Part shown: one piece after another, positions 38,191 through 47,937 of the stretch | Position numbering within the stretch: the first letter of the stretch is position 1 | Layout of the letters: the number at the start of each line of letters is the position of its first letter | Virus record (IMG/VR): IMGVR_UViG_3300025401_000039 | Location: 1 to 52,576 of that record | Reading direction: 5' to 3' (one strand) | Length of the DNA stretch: 52,576 nucleotides | Source of the DNA: a virus | Taxonomy: Duplodnaviria; Caudoviricetes | Position numbers and translations under genes: made by a program | Notes under the pieces: model-generated | Seen by the model: the letters and a program-made list of their open reading frames with translations, nothing else | Told to the model about the DNA's origin: nothing | Database searches by the model: none

Positions 38191-38472
38191 ATGGCAAGTC
38201 TAATCCAATCGGAAATGCGTGTTGCAATGGAACTCAAACGAGATGGGTGGGTATATGATATGACTGGGTTATCAGTTACAGAATGCCAAGATCGTGCCAA
38301 TTGGTGTAGAGAAGCATTTGGTCCTATGTTTGACGACATAACTTGGGCGGGCAAATGGTATGGAGCACAGTTACCTTTTCAAACAGGTGGAGTTAATGTT
38401 AATAGACAATTTGTCTTTATGTTTCGTGATGAAAAACTATATACAATATATCGAATGATGTGGCCAGAATGA
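38191..38472 (+). CDS. Small protein, W/F-x-L-R/K-W family
   Basis: WCREAFGP...KW...FRDEKLYTIYRMMW. Confidence 0.7.
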   Translation: MASLIQSEMRVAMELKRDGWVYDMTGLSVTECQDRANWCREAFGPMFDDITWAGKWYGAQLPFQTGGVNVNRQFVFMFRDEKLYTIYRMMWPE

Positions 38473-39281
38473 AAAAACTATTATTACTCTTATTATTTTG
38501 TGCTACTGCACATGCTGAACAAGGTAGCTTTGCCTTATACGATTATGAACGTAACGAATACCAAGTTGTGTTTAACACAGACGAACAACGTCCAATTGCC
38601 AGTATAAGCAAACTGTTCACCGCCAATACAATCTTGCGCAGTGGTGCAGACTTAGATGAACGAGTCCGTGTACAAGGCCGGAGCTCAGGACACTTTCCAA
38701 ACGGCATGATGGTTACTAGACATAATCTTATGCAGGCCATGCTGATATCTAGCGACAATCGTGCGGCCGAAACACTGGCCAATACCTACCCAGGAGGATT
38801 CGACAAGTTCATAGAAGATACAAATGATTATATTCGTGGTCGGGGATTGCTGCACACTTATATCGAAGAACCTACAGGGCTAAGTCGCAACAATGTAAGC
38901 ACAGCTACAGAACTAGTCAGCTTCTTAGGAGCCATTAGAGGCAATCAAGCATTGAGAAACTATGCAGATGATAAGACAGCAGAGATTCTAGTGCCCAAAG
39001 GTAAAAAGTATATTCATATTAGATTGCACAATACCAATCCTAGTATCTTTAAGTTTGATAATATCTTGATCAGCAAGACAGGCTTTACAAATCCTGCCGG
39101 TCGCTGTGTTGTCATGTTAGTTGATAAAGAACATAGAGAGTATGGTATCATTGTTCTAGGACAGAAGAATGTCAAACAACGCAGCGAAATAGCCAACGAA
39201 TTGATTACAGCACAACCTTTACCACCAAAGCCAGTACAGGTAGAGCGTAATGACCCAATTATATTTGACTTGCCTTTATGA
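38469..39281 (+). CDS. D-Ala-D-Ala carboxy/endopeptidase (peptidase S11, PBP7-like)
   Basis: Signal peptide; SISK, SDN, KTG motifs. Confidence 0.9.
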   Translation: MKKLLLLLLFCATAHAEQGSFALYDYERNEYQVVFNTDEQRPIASISKLFTANTILRSGADLDERVRVQGRSSGHFPNGMMVTRHNLMQAMLISSDNRAAETLANTYPGGFDKFIEDTNDYIRGRGLLHTYIEEPTGLSRNNVSTATELVSFLGAIRGNQALRNYADDKTAEILVPKGKKYIHIRLHNTNPSIFKFDNILISKTGFTNPAGRCVVMLVDKEHREYGIIVLGQKNVKQRSEIANELITAQPLPPKPVQVERNDPIIFDLPL

Positions 39282-39604
39282 CTGTATTGCCATTACCCAA
39301 CGGCGACTTTACTACTGTAGAGCATATTAAAAAGCACGGCCCATTGACTGTAGTAGTTCATAGATTTAGAATGGGCGACGTAGAAGATCCAGACTTATAT
39401 GCAGGTGAACCGCTTTGGCAATGGCAAACGAGTGAAATGGGCAAGTGGGTTATGGATAACGCTGTTCAAACTCCTAGCTGGTACAGAGCTCCTGACCCTA
39501 ATACTTTTGGGTATGCTTATTCAATTCGAGCAGAGCTCACACCAAAAAACTATACCTATTGGTGGATGAAATGGGGCCACGAACTTGACGCAAAGAGCAA
39601 GTGA
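39278..39604 (+). CDS. Hypothetical protein
   Basis: GDVEDPDLYA...YTYWWMKWG. Confidence 0.7.
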   Translation: MTVLPLPNGDFTTVEHIKKHGPLTVVVHRFRMGDVEDPDLYAGEPLWQWQTSEMGKWVMDNAVQTPSWYRAPDPNTFGYAYSIRAELTPKNYTYWWMKWGHELDAKSK

Positions 39605-39643
39605 TAGTATAATAACTACATCTTAAACAACAAGAGATGTGTA

Positions 39644-40006
39644 ATGTCAGGTTGGAACACAATTGAACGAGTTCGTCGTCTTGAACAAGAAATTGACAAG
39701 CTAGGCTTTAAGTTTGCCAAGAGCAAACATTCGGAGTGGAATAATGATCACGGTTCACTATGCTTGAAACCAAAAGATCCAGATGCTCTTCCAATCTACA
39801 ATCGCGATGCTGAACTATATGTAGGTAGTGTTGAAGGACTAGAAACTTGGCTACATGGTGTACGTTGGGCACGTGAATACGATATGATATTGAAGTTAAG
39901 TGACGAAAAGAAACGCACAGCCGCAGAGCAAAAGGAACGCAATCGTCAATTGATGCAGACACTTAAAGAAGGCAAGCGAGTAGAAGGAATTAAAAAAAAT
40001 GGATGA
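39644..40006 (+). CDS. Hypothetical protein
   Basis: TTGACG...TATAAT promoter upstream. Confidence 0.7.
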   Translation: MSGWNTIERVRRLEQEIDKLGFKFAKSKHSEWNNDHGSLCLKPKDPDALPIYNRDAELYVGSVEGLETWLHGVRWAREYDMILKLSDEKKRTAAEQKERNRQLMQTLKEGKRVEGIKKNG

Positions 40007-40183
40007 ACCAATTATACCACGTAAATATCTTTACACAATCAAGTGGACACAACCGTATGCTACTGAGTATCAGCGCCCATATTTAAGAGATATGCAAGCA
40101 GCCGTTGAACGTGCAATTGAACTTCAACTTGAACGCAAGGAATGGCCTCAAGCTAAAGAAGTAATTGAAAGGATAATGAAGTT

Positions 40184-40795
40184 ATGATAACATACTACCC
40201 AGACTATCTCTATGGGTTTCAACTAGACTCTATCGACAATGCTGAACTGTATCGTCGATGTTTTGATATGGAATCTTTTATTGAAAAAGCAATTCCAGGA
40301 CCTGCAGAAATTGGATGGTATGGCAATCTAACCAGTAGCCGCCATCAAGGCTACAACTTGTTTACATTTCCTGTTCCTGAGATCAATCAGTTGTATAAAG
40401 AAATGGTTGATAATATTGTACCATTACTAGATGCTGACCGTCCATATGTAATGAAAGGTTGGATGAATGTTTATCGTAAGGATCAAAATGTAGCATGGCA
40501 TTGGCACTATCCAGCAGAGTCACAAGCATGGCATGGGTTCTATTGCGTACATGTAGGCGAATCACATACAGAATATAAAATTCCAGGAGCACCTGATACT
40601 ATAACTGTTCCTAGCAGTGAAGGTTTATTGGTAATTGGTAAATCAGACGGCGATGAACACAGAAGTTCTCCTTGGACTAATGGTAAGACTCCGAGGATTA
40701 CACTAGCGTTTGACATAGTACCAATAGACAAATTAGTTAAAACAAATGATTTTAGAGATGTTCCAATTAATCATTTTATTCCATTTATTAAGTAG
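40184..40795 (+). CDS. 2OG-Fe(II) oxygenase-like protein
   Basis: WMN, WHWH, HRS, RITLAFD. Confidence 0.75.
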   Translation: MITYYPDYLYGFQLDSIDNAELYRRCFDMESFIEKAIPGPAEIGWYGNLTSSRHQGYNLFTFPVPEINQLYKEMVDNIVPLLDADRPYVMKGWMNVYRKDQNVAWHWHYPAESQAWHGFYCVHVGESHTEYKIPGAPDTITVPSSEGLLVIGKSDGDEHRSSPWTNGKTPRITLAFDIVPIDKLVKTNDFRDVPINHFIPFIK

Positions 40796-40804
40796 GAGAT
40801 AACA

Positions 40805-40972
40805 ATGCAAGTTAGAGTACAAGAAGATAAAACAAAGTTTGGATCGTGCGGTTGCGGCCGTAGTCCAACCGGACAATGTTGCGGCTGGCACGGACTTACT
40901 GAAGATCAATATAAAGAAGCACTTGAAAAATACATGACTAATCAACAAGATAAATCAGGTAAACAAGTATGA
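40805..40972 (+). CDS. 55-aa CDGSH-like Fe-S/Zn protein (absent from ORF track)
   Basis: AGGAG SD; CGCGRSPTGQCCGWH; ATGA overlap with next ORF. Confidence 0.65.
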   Translation: MQVRVQEDKTKFGSCGCGRSPTGQCCGWHGLTEDQYKEALEKYMTNQQDKSGKQV

Positions 40973-41910
40973 CTGAAGAATCAAAGCCAGTAAAAGTTAT
41001 TTTTGAGCCAGGGTGTTTTGATGACTTTGAAGGTACACAGGAAGAGTTAGACGAACTAGTTGCTGAAATACACACAATGTTCGAAGGAAAGACTCGAGAA
41101 GAAATTGAAGCAGAAAGTAGTGAAATCGATATTGGTGAACTAATCGAAGAAGATCCAGAATTAGCAATAAAGTTATTTGATAAAATTAATAAAAATGAAA
41201 GGCCCTTACAATGAGTTGGTTTAAAGACAAATTAAGAAATTGGTTAATGAGTGATGACAGCTCTATAAAGAAAGCATCTAGACTGCGAGCTGGCAATGCT
41301 ATTCCCACTATAGAAGAAGACCATGAGAGCATGAGCAGTGATCCTACCATGCGTTTCAAAGTATACAATGCCCGAGGCGGCAAGATTGTAGAGTTTACCC
41401 GTTATGATCGTCAAAAGGATCGCAACGAACATGATCTGTATATTATACGTAATGATGAAGATTTTGGCGAAAGAATAGCCAAAATTGCTATGTTCGAAGG
41501 TATGAAAGATTAATTTTTGTAAATAACTTATCCAAAAGGAGAACCTCATGGAGACATTTTTCACATATATGCCTTACTTTTGTGTAGCCTATATTGCATT
41601 TTATCTAGGCAAACACTGGGCATTGTTTCAATTCAGTCAAAATCTTAGTAAAAATCCAGATGAGATGATAAGAATTTTGAATAAGATAAAAGAAATTAAT
41701 TCAGAAGTTGACCAGAACGACATGCCTGAAGATGCACATCTATTAGAGCTAGAAGAAGTTAATGGGCAAGTGTATGCTTATGATAAAACTAGTGGAGAGT
41801 TTTTAGCACAAGGACCAAACAAGTATTTGGCTGCTTTGGCTGCATCGTCTCGCTATCCTAATAAGAAATTTTGGCATCCTGATTTTAAGCGAGATAGCCA
41901 AACAGCTTGA
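40969..41910 (+). other. Three hypothetical genes (40969-41214, 41211-41513, 41548-41910)
   Basis: Coupled ORFs or clear SD. Confidence 0.7.
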
Positions 41911-41978
41911 GTTTAGATTACAAATAAGTTATACTGTATCTAGCTGTTGAATTACAGCATAATCTAAAGGAAAACAAG

Positions 41979-42248
41979 ATGAAATTTTTTAATCCAGAAA
42001 CTAAGACCTACAAGCTGTTCAACGCACTCTACAATGGTGAAGCTGTTACAGCTAGCCAAGCTGAAAAGCGTTTTGGCATCAAGAACATCAGTGCTGAAGT
42101 AAGCCGCATCCGTCAAAACGGTTACGCAGTTTATGCCAACACTCGTGTTGCTGGAAACAACGTTAAGGTAACCGAATACGTTATCGGAACACCAAGCCGC
42201 AAGTTAGTTGCAGCAGGATACAAGGCATTGGCTTTGGGTCTAGTTTAA
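41979..42248 (+). CDS. Winged-helix DNA-binding protein
   Basis: VTASQAEKRFGIKNISAEVSRIRQNGY; AAGGA SD. Confidence 0.7.
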   Translation: MKFFNPETKTYKLFNALYNGEAVTASQAEKRFGIKNISAEVSRIRQNGYAVYANTRVAGNNVKVTEYVIGTPSRKLVAAGYKALALGLV

Positions 42249-42267
42249 TATTAAACTAAATTAGTTT

Positions 42268-42292
42268 AAAGGCTGCTTCGGTAGCCTTTTTT
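42268..42292 (+). terminator. Rho-independent terminator
   Basis: AGGCTGC-TTCG-GTAGCCT plus T run. Confidence 0.85.
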
Positions 42293-42327
42293 AATGATCT
42301 TTATATCTAGATATGCTAAAATACTAT

Positions 42328-43041
42328 ATGATTGATAATATATTAAAACCCACATTTGACTGGATCCGTGATGACTATAGTTCAAATAGATTTCGTTTTG
42401 GCATTGAGTTGCTGGCTTGGGCTATTAGCATTGGCTGTAGCATTACAATGGCGGTCACTGTACCCAACCCTCCGCTTCCTATCCTGTATCCCATTTGGAT
42501 TACTGGTTGCAGTTTGTACGCTTGGGCTAGTTGGACCAGACGAAGTTTCGGAATGTTGGCTAACTATCTACTGCTTGTGTCTATCGATAGTATTGGCCTT
42601 ATAAGGATGATAGTCAATGGATGATAATAAATTAGAAGAATTTGTATCAAAATTAGATTTAGTAATACAACAATATCCAGAAATGGAGCCGCATAATATT
42701 AGTGCATTATTGTTAAGTCGTGTTACCTTACTAATGACAATGGACCCAGGTACAGGTAAAGAGCTACTTAAATACGTATGGACTCAATTAGATGAGATAG
42801 AACAAGCAAACCCTGGGAGTATGATACCATGACAACATTTACATCAGAAGATAGAATTAAAGCCTACGAAGGATCTAAGTGGGTAGGATCCACCAGCAGA
42901 GAAGAATTTACGGTACTGGCAGTTTGGAATCCTAATGAAGAAAACGACCCTTGGATTCGTTATCGCAATCAAGACGATAGTGAATTTACTTGTAGGCTTG
43001 AAGCATTTTTAACTAGATTTACACCCTTACCACAACAATAA
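42328..43041 (+). other. Small membrane protein and two hypothetical genes (to 42624; 42617-42832; 42829-43041)
   Basis: Coupled ORFs; first has three hydrophobic segments. Confidence 0.65.
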
Positions 43042-43042
43042 T

Positions 43043-43861
43043 ATGCGTATTCTAGTTACGGGCCACGAAGGCTTTATTGGTCGTAACATGTTAGCCTATT
43101 TAAATGCAGAAGATGGTTGGCAAGTAGACGGCTGGGAATGGGATTCAAAACAATTTCCTGAAGTATCTTCTTATGACTGGGTAATTCATCTAGGTGCAAT
43201 AGCTGACATGTCTTGTACTGATGTAGAAGCAATAATGAAACAAAACTTAGAGTTTAGTCAAAGATTGTTTAACGAGTGTAACTTGCATGGTGTACATTTA
43301 CAATATGCAAGTTCTAGTAGTGTGTATGGTAATACAAAAGACTTTAGTGAACTTGCTCCATGCAATCCGCAAACAGCCTATGCATGGAGCAAGTATCTAT
43401 TTGATCGATGGGTATTTCAACAAGAACATCATATCATGGTGCAAGGATTTCGTTATTTTAATGTCTATGGCAAATGGATGCATCTTCGCGGACGCCGAGC
43501 TAATGTAATTTATAAATGGCAGCAACAGGCACGTAGGGAAGGTAAGATCACTGTGTGGGAAACAGCTGAACATATTAAACGAGATTGGACATGGGTCGGT
43601 GATGTGTGCAGACTACATATAGACTTTATTAAAGAAGTACGAGGTTCAGGTATTTGGAATTGTGGTAGTGGATTGTCACATAGCTTCTTAGATATAGCAG
43701 AAGAAATTGCCGAACTAGAAGGTGTAGAAATAGAATTAGAACCTGTTCCGCTTGAAGAACAAACTAGAATGAGAAATAAAACTTGCGCTAATCTTACCCA
43801 TTTAAAAGAAACAGTAGGTAAGCGTAAATGGCTCAATGTATACGAATGGTTAAGACAATGA
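43043..43861 (+). CDS. hldD: ADP-glyceromanno-heptose 6-epimerase-like extended SDR
   Basis: GHEGFIG, YASSSSVYG, YAWSK, FRYFNVYG; next to GmhB-like gene. Confidence 0.75.
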   Translation: MRILVTGHEGFIGRNMLAYLNAEDGWQVDGWEWDSKQFPEVSSYDWVIHLGAIADMSCTDVEAIMKQNLEFSQRLFNECNLHGVHLQYASSSSVYGNTKDFSELAPCNPQTAYAWSKYLFDRWVFQQEHHIMVQGFRYFNVYGKWMHLRGRRANVIYKWQQQARREGKITVWETAEHIKRDWTWVGDVCRLHIDFIKEVRGSGIWNCGSGLSHSFLDIAEEIAELEGVEIELEPVPLEEQTRMRNKTCANLTHLKETVGKRKWLNVYEWLRQ

Positions 43862-44448
43862 CAAATATTGCGTGGTCAGGTGGAGAAGAATATCGCTCCA
43901 AATGTGTAGTAGGATTAGAAAGAGACGGAGTTCTAAACGAATATTTAGACTACTGTGCCAAACCAGATGATTTCAAAGAGATACCTAATAGCATACAGGC
44001 GGTAGTTACTCTTAGAAACAAAGGCTACAAAATTGTTATCATTACAGATCAACGGGGTGTTGATCAAGGTCATATGACCAAGGAAGATGTTGAAGCTGTT
44101 AATGATGTTCTAATGCAATCATTAGGCAAAGCAGGATGCTTTGATATAGATGGACTTTATTACAGCATTGGAACAACTAAACCAGATCCTTGGGTTAAAC
44201 CAAATACAGGTATGTTCAAACGTTGTGAAAAAGAACATCCAGATATTAAATTTAAAACAGGATACTATGTTGGACATACAATCAGAGATCTCAAAGCCGC
44301 TGTCGCTGTTGGTGCTAAACCTGTATTAGTTCGTACTGGCAAAGGTGTTGAAACAGAGCAAGAATTAACCAAATGGACTTATAGAGAACTTAAAAAACGC
44401 ACTATTATATTTGATAACTTAGATGAATTCGCCAAGTATATGAAATAG
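43858..44448 (+). CDS. gmhB: GmhB/HisB-N-like HAD protein with altered catalytic residues
   Basis: LERDGVLN, KPNTGM, VGHTIRDL, LVRTGKG. Confidence 0.7.
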   Translation: MTNIAWSGGEEYRSKCVVGLERDGVLNEYLDYCAKPDDFKEIPNSIQAVVTLRNKGYKIVIITDQRGVDQGHMTKEDVEAVNDVLMQSLGKAGCFDIDGLYYSIGTTKPDPWVKPNTGMFKRCEKEHPDIKFKTGYYVGHTIRDLKAAVAVGAKPVLVRTGKGVETEQELTKWTYRELKKRTIIFDNLDEFAKYMK

Positions 44449-44456
44449 TATAAATA
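44449..44456 (+). promoter_or_regulatory. T4-type late promoter
   Basis: TATAAATA 7 nt before ATG 44464. Confidence 0.65.
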
Positions 44457-44463
44457 TTGTACT

Positions 44464-44715
44464 ATGAGAGCAAACGAATTTATCAGTGAAAAAGCCAGCA
44501 GAGCACTGTGTGTAAGCGGCCGTCCAGATAGCGACTTAGGAGCAAGTAATCTAGCCAGTTGCAAAAGTCAAGGATTACGTGCCAGAGATGGCGAAAAAAG
44601 CCATTTAATTACTGCAGGTAAACGTAAGGTAAGAGTTACAGTAGGCGGCAAAAAAATCAAAGGTCGTAAGTATGGTGGGCCACTTCCTGATTACGGAACA
44701 AGGAAAGGTCAGTAA
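44464..44715 (+). CDS. Basic late protein, probable internal head protein
   Basis: N-terminus MRANEFISE. Confidence 0.65.
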   Translation: MRANEFISEKASRALCVSGRPDSDLGASNLASCKSQGLRARDGEKSHLITAGKRKVRVTVGGKKIKGRKYGGPLPDYGTRKGQ

Positions 44716-45377
44716 TGAAAGTTTTAGAAATACTGGATGCAAGTAATATATTTGGAGGATTCAATTTGGCAGGAATTGAAATGCCAGATGCTCCTAAATC
44801 TCCAGATGCTCCAAGTAATCCGACAGACATGTTTAAGCCAGCAACGGATTCTAAAAATGATGCATCTGATGCATCTTCAACAAATAAAACGGCGCCAGTC
44901 TCGAATGGCGGACCGATACCAGTGTCATCATTAAAGCCTAGTGATAAAACAAAACTAAACCCAAAAACAGTTGCATCTTATCTAAAATCGCAAGGGTTTG
45001 ATAGTAATCAAACTGCTGGACTAATTGTAAACATGAAATGGGAAAGCGCACTTATGCCAGGGCGTTGGGTAGCAAGTGATGCTGGCCAAGGACCCAGCGG
45101 CGGATTGTTTATGTTTCACAATGGTAAAAAAGATGGAACAGGCTTGTTTACAAAAATGGTGTATGCTTGCGGTGGTATTGACAAATGGCAATCTAATTGG
45201 CAAGGCCAAATAGACTTTGCAATGTCTTCAGGTGTAGGCAACAAATATAAACAAACAAAATTTAAGTCACCAGGCGATGCTGCCAGTTGGTGGGTCATTA
45301 ACTACGAAAAACCTGCTGATACGCATGGCCAGGCTATTGCTAGGGCCAAAGACGCCGCACAATACGCATACGCTTAA
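44715..45377 (+). CDS. Phage tail-lysozyme-like domain protein
   Basis: AGLIVNMKWES, GLF, QIDF, AASWW...YEKP pattern. Confidence 0.7.
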   Translation: MKVLEILDASNIFGGFNLAGIEMPDAPKSPDAPSNPTDMFKPATDSKNDASDASSTNKTAPVSNGGPIPVSSLKPSDKTKLNPKTVASYLKSQGFDSNQTAGLIVNMKWESALMPGRWVASDAGQGPSGGLFMFHNGKKDGTGLFTKMVYACGGIDKWQSNWQGQIDFAMSSGVGNKYKQTKFKSPGDAASWWVINYEKPADTHGQAIARAKDAAQYAYA

Positions 45378-45387
45378 TAAATACCTG

Positions 45388-45936
45388 ATGGAAATATTAG
45401 GTAAATTTTTAATCGCACCCCCCGCCGTCAAAGCAAGTTTTTGGCACAAGACTGTGATAATGATCACTGAACATCATTCTGGTGGAAGTCTTGGGCTTGT
45501 TCTAAACAAACCCAGTGACTTGACTATTGAAGACTTTGGTCACCAACTTGATATGGTCTTAGATGTTCCAGGTAAAGTTTATATTGGCGGGCCAATTAAC
45601 AAAAATAGTCTGAGCATGTTGCATTCTAATGAATGGTCGTGTAAAAATACTTTAATGATAAATGATAAATTTAGTTTAAGTAGTGCAGATGATGTATTAC
45701 CTAGATTAGGTGCAGGTGATCGTCCAAAACAATGGAGATTGTTTCTAGGAATGTGTGGTTGGGGTCAAGGACAGTTGATGTCTGAAATTGAAGGGCGTGC
45801 TCCATGGAAGCACGAACACTCCTGGTGTATTGCAGAACCAGACACAGAATTAGTATTTGAAACAGATGGCATTAATCAATGGGCTAATTCTTTAGATAAA
45901 AGTGCGCTTGATTTTGCTCAAAGTATCTTAGCATAA
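45388..45936 (+). CDS. yqgE: YqgE/AlgH (DUF179) family protein
   Basis: FLIAPP, GLVLNKP, GGP, GW..GQL..EI. Confidence 0.85.
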   Translation: MEILGKFLIAPPAVKASFWHKTVIMITEHHSGGSLGLVLNKPSDLTIEDFGHQLDMVLDVPGKVYIGGPINKNSLSMLHSNEWSCKNTLMINDKFSLSSADDVLPRLGAGDRPKQWRLFLGMCGWGQGQLMSEIEGRAPWKHEHSWCIAEPDTELVFETDGINQWANSLDKSALDFAQSILA

Positions 45937-46026
45937 CTGTAATCTTATTTGACATAAGTACAAGATGAGCGTATAATATATACTTCATAGGTTGGGTCTG
46001 TAAACACAACAAAAGAGGTAATTAAA

Positions 46027-46542
46027 ATGGCAGATACTCTGCTACTAAATGCTGACGGTAATCCAGTTTCATACATGCCGTTGAGCACCTTAATTTGGGA
46101 AGATGCGATCAGATACATGGTCTTGGATAAGGCCGATGTAATATTATTTCACGAAAATTGGATCGTACACTCTGCTACTTGGGAAACACCTGTACCTAGT
46201 GTTATGATACTTCGCGAATATATGAAACCAAAAGTTACAGTCCGTTTCAGTCGTAGCAATGTCTACTTACGGGATAACGGCCAATGCCAATATTGTGGAG
46301 ACTTTATTGGCCGCAGTGAAGCAACCCTTGATCACGTTATGCCTGTTAGCAAGGGTGGTAAATCAGTTTGGGATAATTGTGTTACAGCCTGTGCTCCATG
46401 CAACTCAAATAAGAGCGATAAGACCAAAGGATGGAGGCCAAAGATCAAGCCTTACAAGCCAGACTTCTACGAATTAGTAAATAAGCGTAAGAAGCAAGAA
46501 TTTAATGTAAGGTATCAAGAATGGCTCCAATTTCTAAATTAA
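46027..46542 (+). CDS. HNH endonuclease
   Basis: RD...CQYCG, TLDHVMP.SKGG...W.N....C..CN..K. Confidence 0.9.
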   Translation: MADTLLLNADGNPVSYMPLSTLIWEDAIRYMVLDKADVILFHENWIVHSATWETPVPSVMILREYMKPKVTVRFSRSNVYLRDNGQCQYCGDFIGRSEATLDHVMPVSKGGKSVWDNCVTACAPCNSNKSDKTKGWRPKIKPYKPDFYELVNKRKKQEFNVRYQEWLQFLN

Positions 46543-46949
46543 AAAAAGCAATGTGGTTAACTTTAGGATTTTTATTCCTAGGGTTAGCCTACATCGGAGT
46601 TGTTACTCCGGGTATTCCTTTTAGCACTCCTACAGTGGCGGCTGCTTATTGTTTTAGCAAAGGATCTGAACGTATGCACAACTGGATCATGAATCATAAG
46701 ATTTTTGGTCCATTTTTGCGCGGCTGGGCAGAAAAACGTGTATTTCCTACAAAGGCACGTTGGTTAATGATTATTATGATGGATTCTAGTCTAGTTATTA
46801 TGTGGTTCACTACACATAATATCAAGGCTGTAATTGGCACAGGTATATTCATGTTGCTATGTGCAATTTGGGCACTACGATATCCTAAATCTGTAGAGGA
46901 TCACGATGCTCGTATTGCAGAAGGTAAAAAAGTAGGGTGGTTTAAGTAA
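46521..46949 (+). CDS. ybaN: YbaN/DUF454 inner-membrane protein
   Basis: IGVVTPGIPFSTP...AAYCFSKGSER.HNW...H..FGP. Confidence 0.8.
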   Translation: MAPISKLKKAMWLTLGFLFLGLAYIGVVTPGIPFSTPTVAAAYCFSKGSERMHNWIMNHKIFGPFLRGWAEKRVFPTKARWLMIIMMDSSLVIMWFTTHNIKAVIGTGIFMLLCAIWALRYPKSVEDHDARIAEGKKVGWFK

Positions 46950-46986
46950 AAGAGTAAATAGTAGTACTTAACTAGGAGTACTACTC

Positions 46987-47811
46987 ATGAAGAAGATTAT
47001 TCTAGGCTTGGTTTTAGCCTTAGTTGCTGTCAGCAGTTTCGCATGGACACAACGTCAACCATTTCCACCTGCACAATGTCAAGCACATGCACCGTACGGG
47101 TTTCCACAAACACAACGTCAACTACAACCACTATGCCAACAAGCATACTTGGTAGGCTACGATGCGGCCGCTAAACTACCTAACTATGTAATGTATGAAT
47201 TACTACCACAGAACGCATTAGGGTGTGTAGCACGTACCAACGCATTTGCTGCTAATCAGTTTGTACCTAATGGTGCTACTCCAGCTGACTATGCTGCAAC
47301 AGGGTACGACAAAGGACATATGGCTCCAGATGGAGACTTGAGTTGGGATCCGCAAGTTGAATATGAAAGTTTTTTGATGACAAACATGTCACCACAAGCA
47401 GGTTCTTTAAATCGCGGAATTTGGAAATTGTTGGAGACTTCTGTCCGAGGATGGTCAGTCCAGAGAAATCAGAGCTACACAGTTATTGCGGGCGGCTTAT
47501 ATGGGCCTGGCGATAAGACAATCGGTAAAGGTGTAGTTGTTCCACATGGTTTTTACAAGATTGTTATCAACAATGCTACTAAAGAAATTGCAGGATGGGG
47601 ATTCCCACACGTAGCACCATATCCAAACTTAGGTAACGACTTAACTAAATTCCGTGTACCAGTTGCTACAATTGAACAAGATGCAGGTATTAAGTTTGCT
47701 TTCCCAGCTGGCGCAATAGAACTACAACCAGGCAAAGAATGGCCTGTAGATTTTGGAGCACTAACCAATGCTAAACGTGCTAAATGTGGTGCTAACGCTT
47801 CAGCCGACTGA
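46987..47811 (+). CDS. Secreted DNA/RNA non-specific endonuclease (NucA family)
   Basis: Signal peptide; YDKGHMAP, NMSPQ...LNRGIW..LE. Confidence 0.9.
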   Translation: MKKIILGLVLALVAVSSFAWTQRQPFPPAQCQAHAPYGFPQTQRQLQPLCQQAYLVGYDAAAKLPNYVMYELLPQNALGCVARTNAFAANQFVPNGATPADYAATGYDKGHMAPDGDLSWDPQVEYESFLMTNMSPQAGSLNRGIWKLLETSVRGWSVQRNQSYTVIAGGLYGPGDKTIGKGVVVPHGFYKIVINNATKEIAGWGFPHVAPYPNLGNDLTKFRVPVATIEQDAGIKFAFPAGAIELQPGKEWPVDFGALTNAKRAKCGANASAD

Positions 47812-47937
47812 TCCGGATAAATATCCAGTATACCCAGAAGATGATGGCACAGATCGTCCGAGAAATCCTTATAGCCCTGTGTAAAGACATTTATCTAGGG
47901 CTAGCAAGATTAGGATGCGGGTTAGCTGGAATTTATT

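Noticed and set aside
46027-46542. HNH as an intron-encoded homing element
   Set aside because: Free-standing gene with its own promoter and SD; no interrupted host gene or intron structure seen
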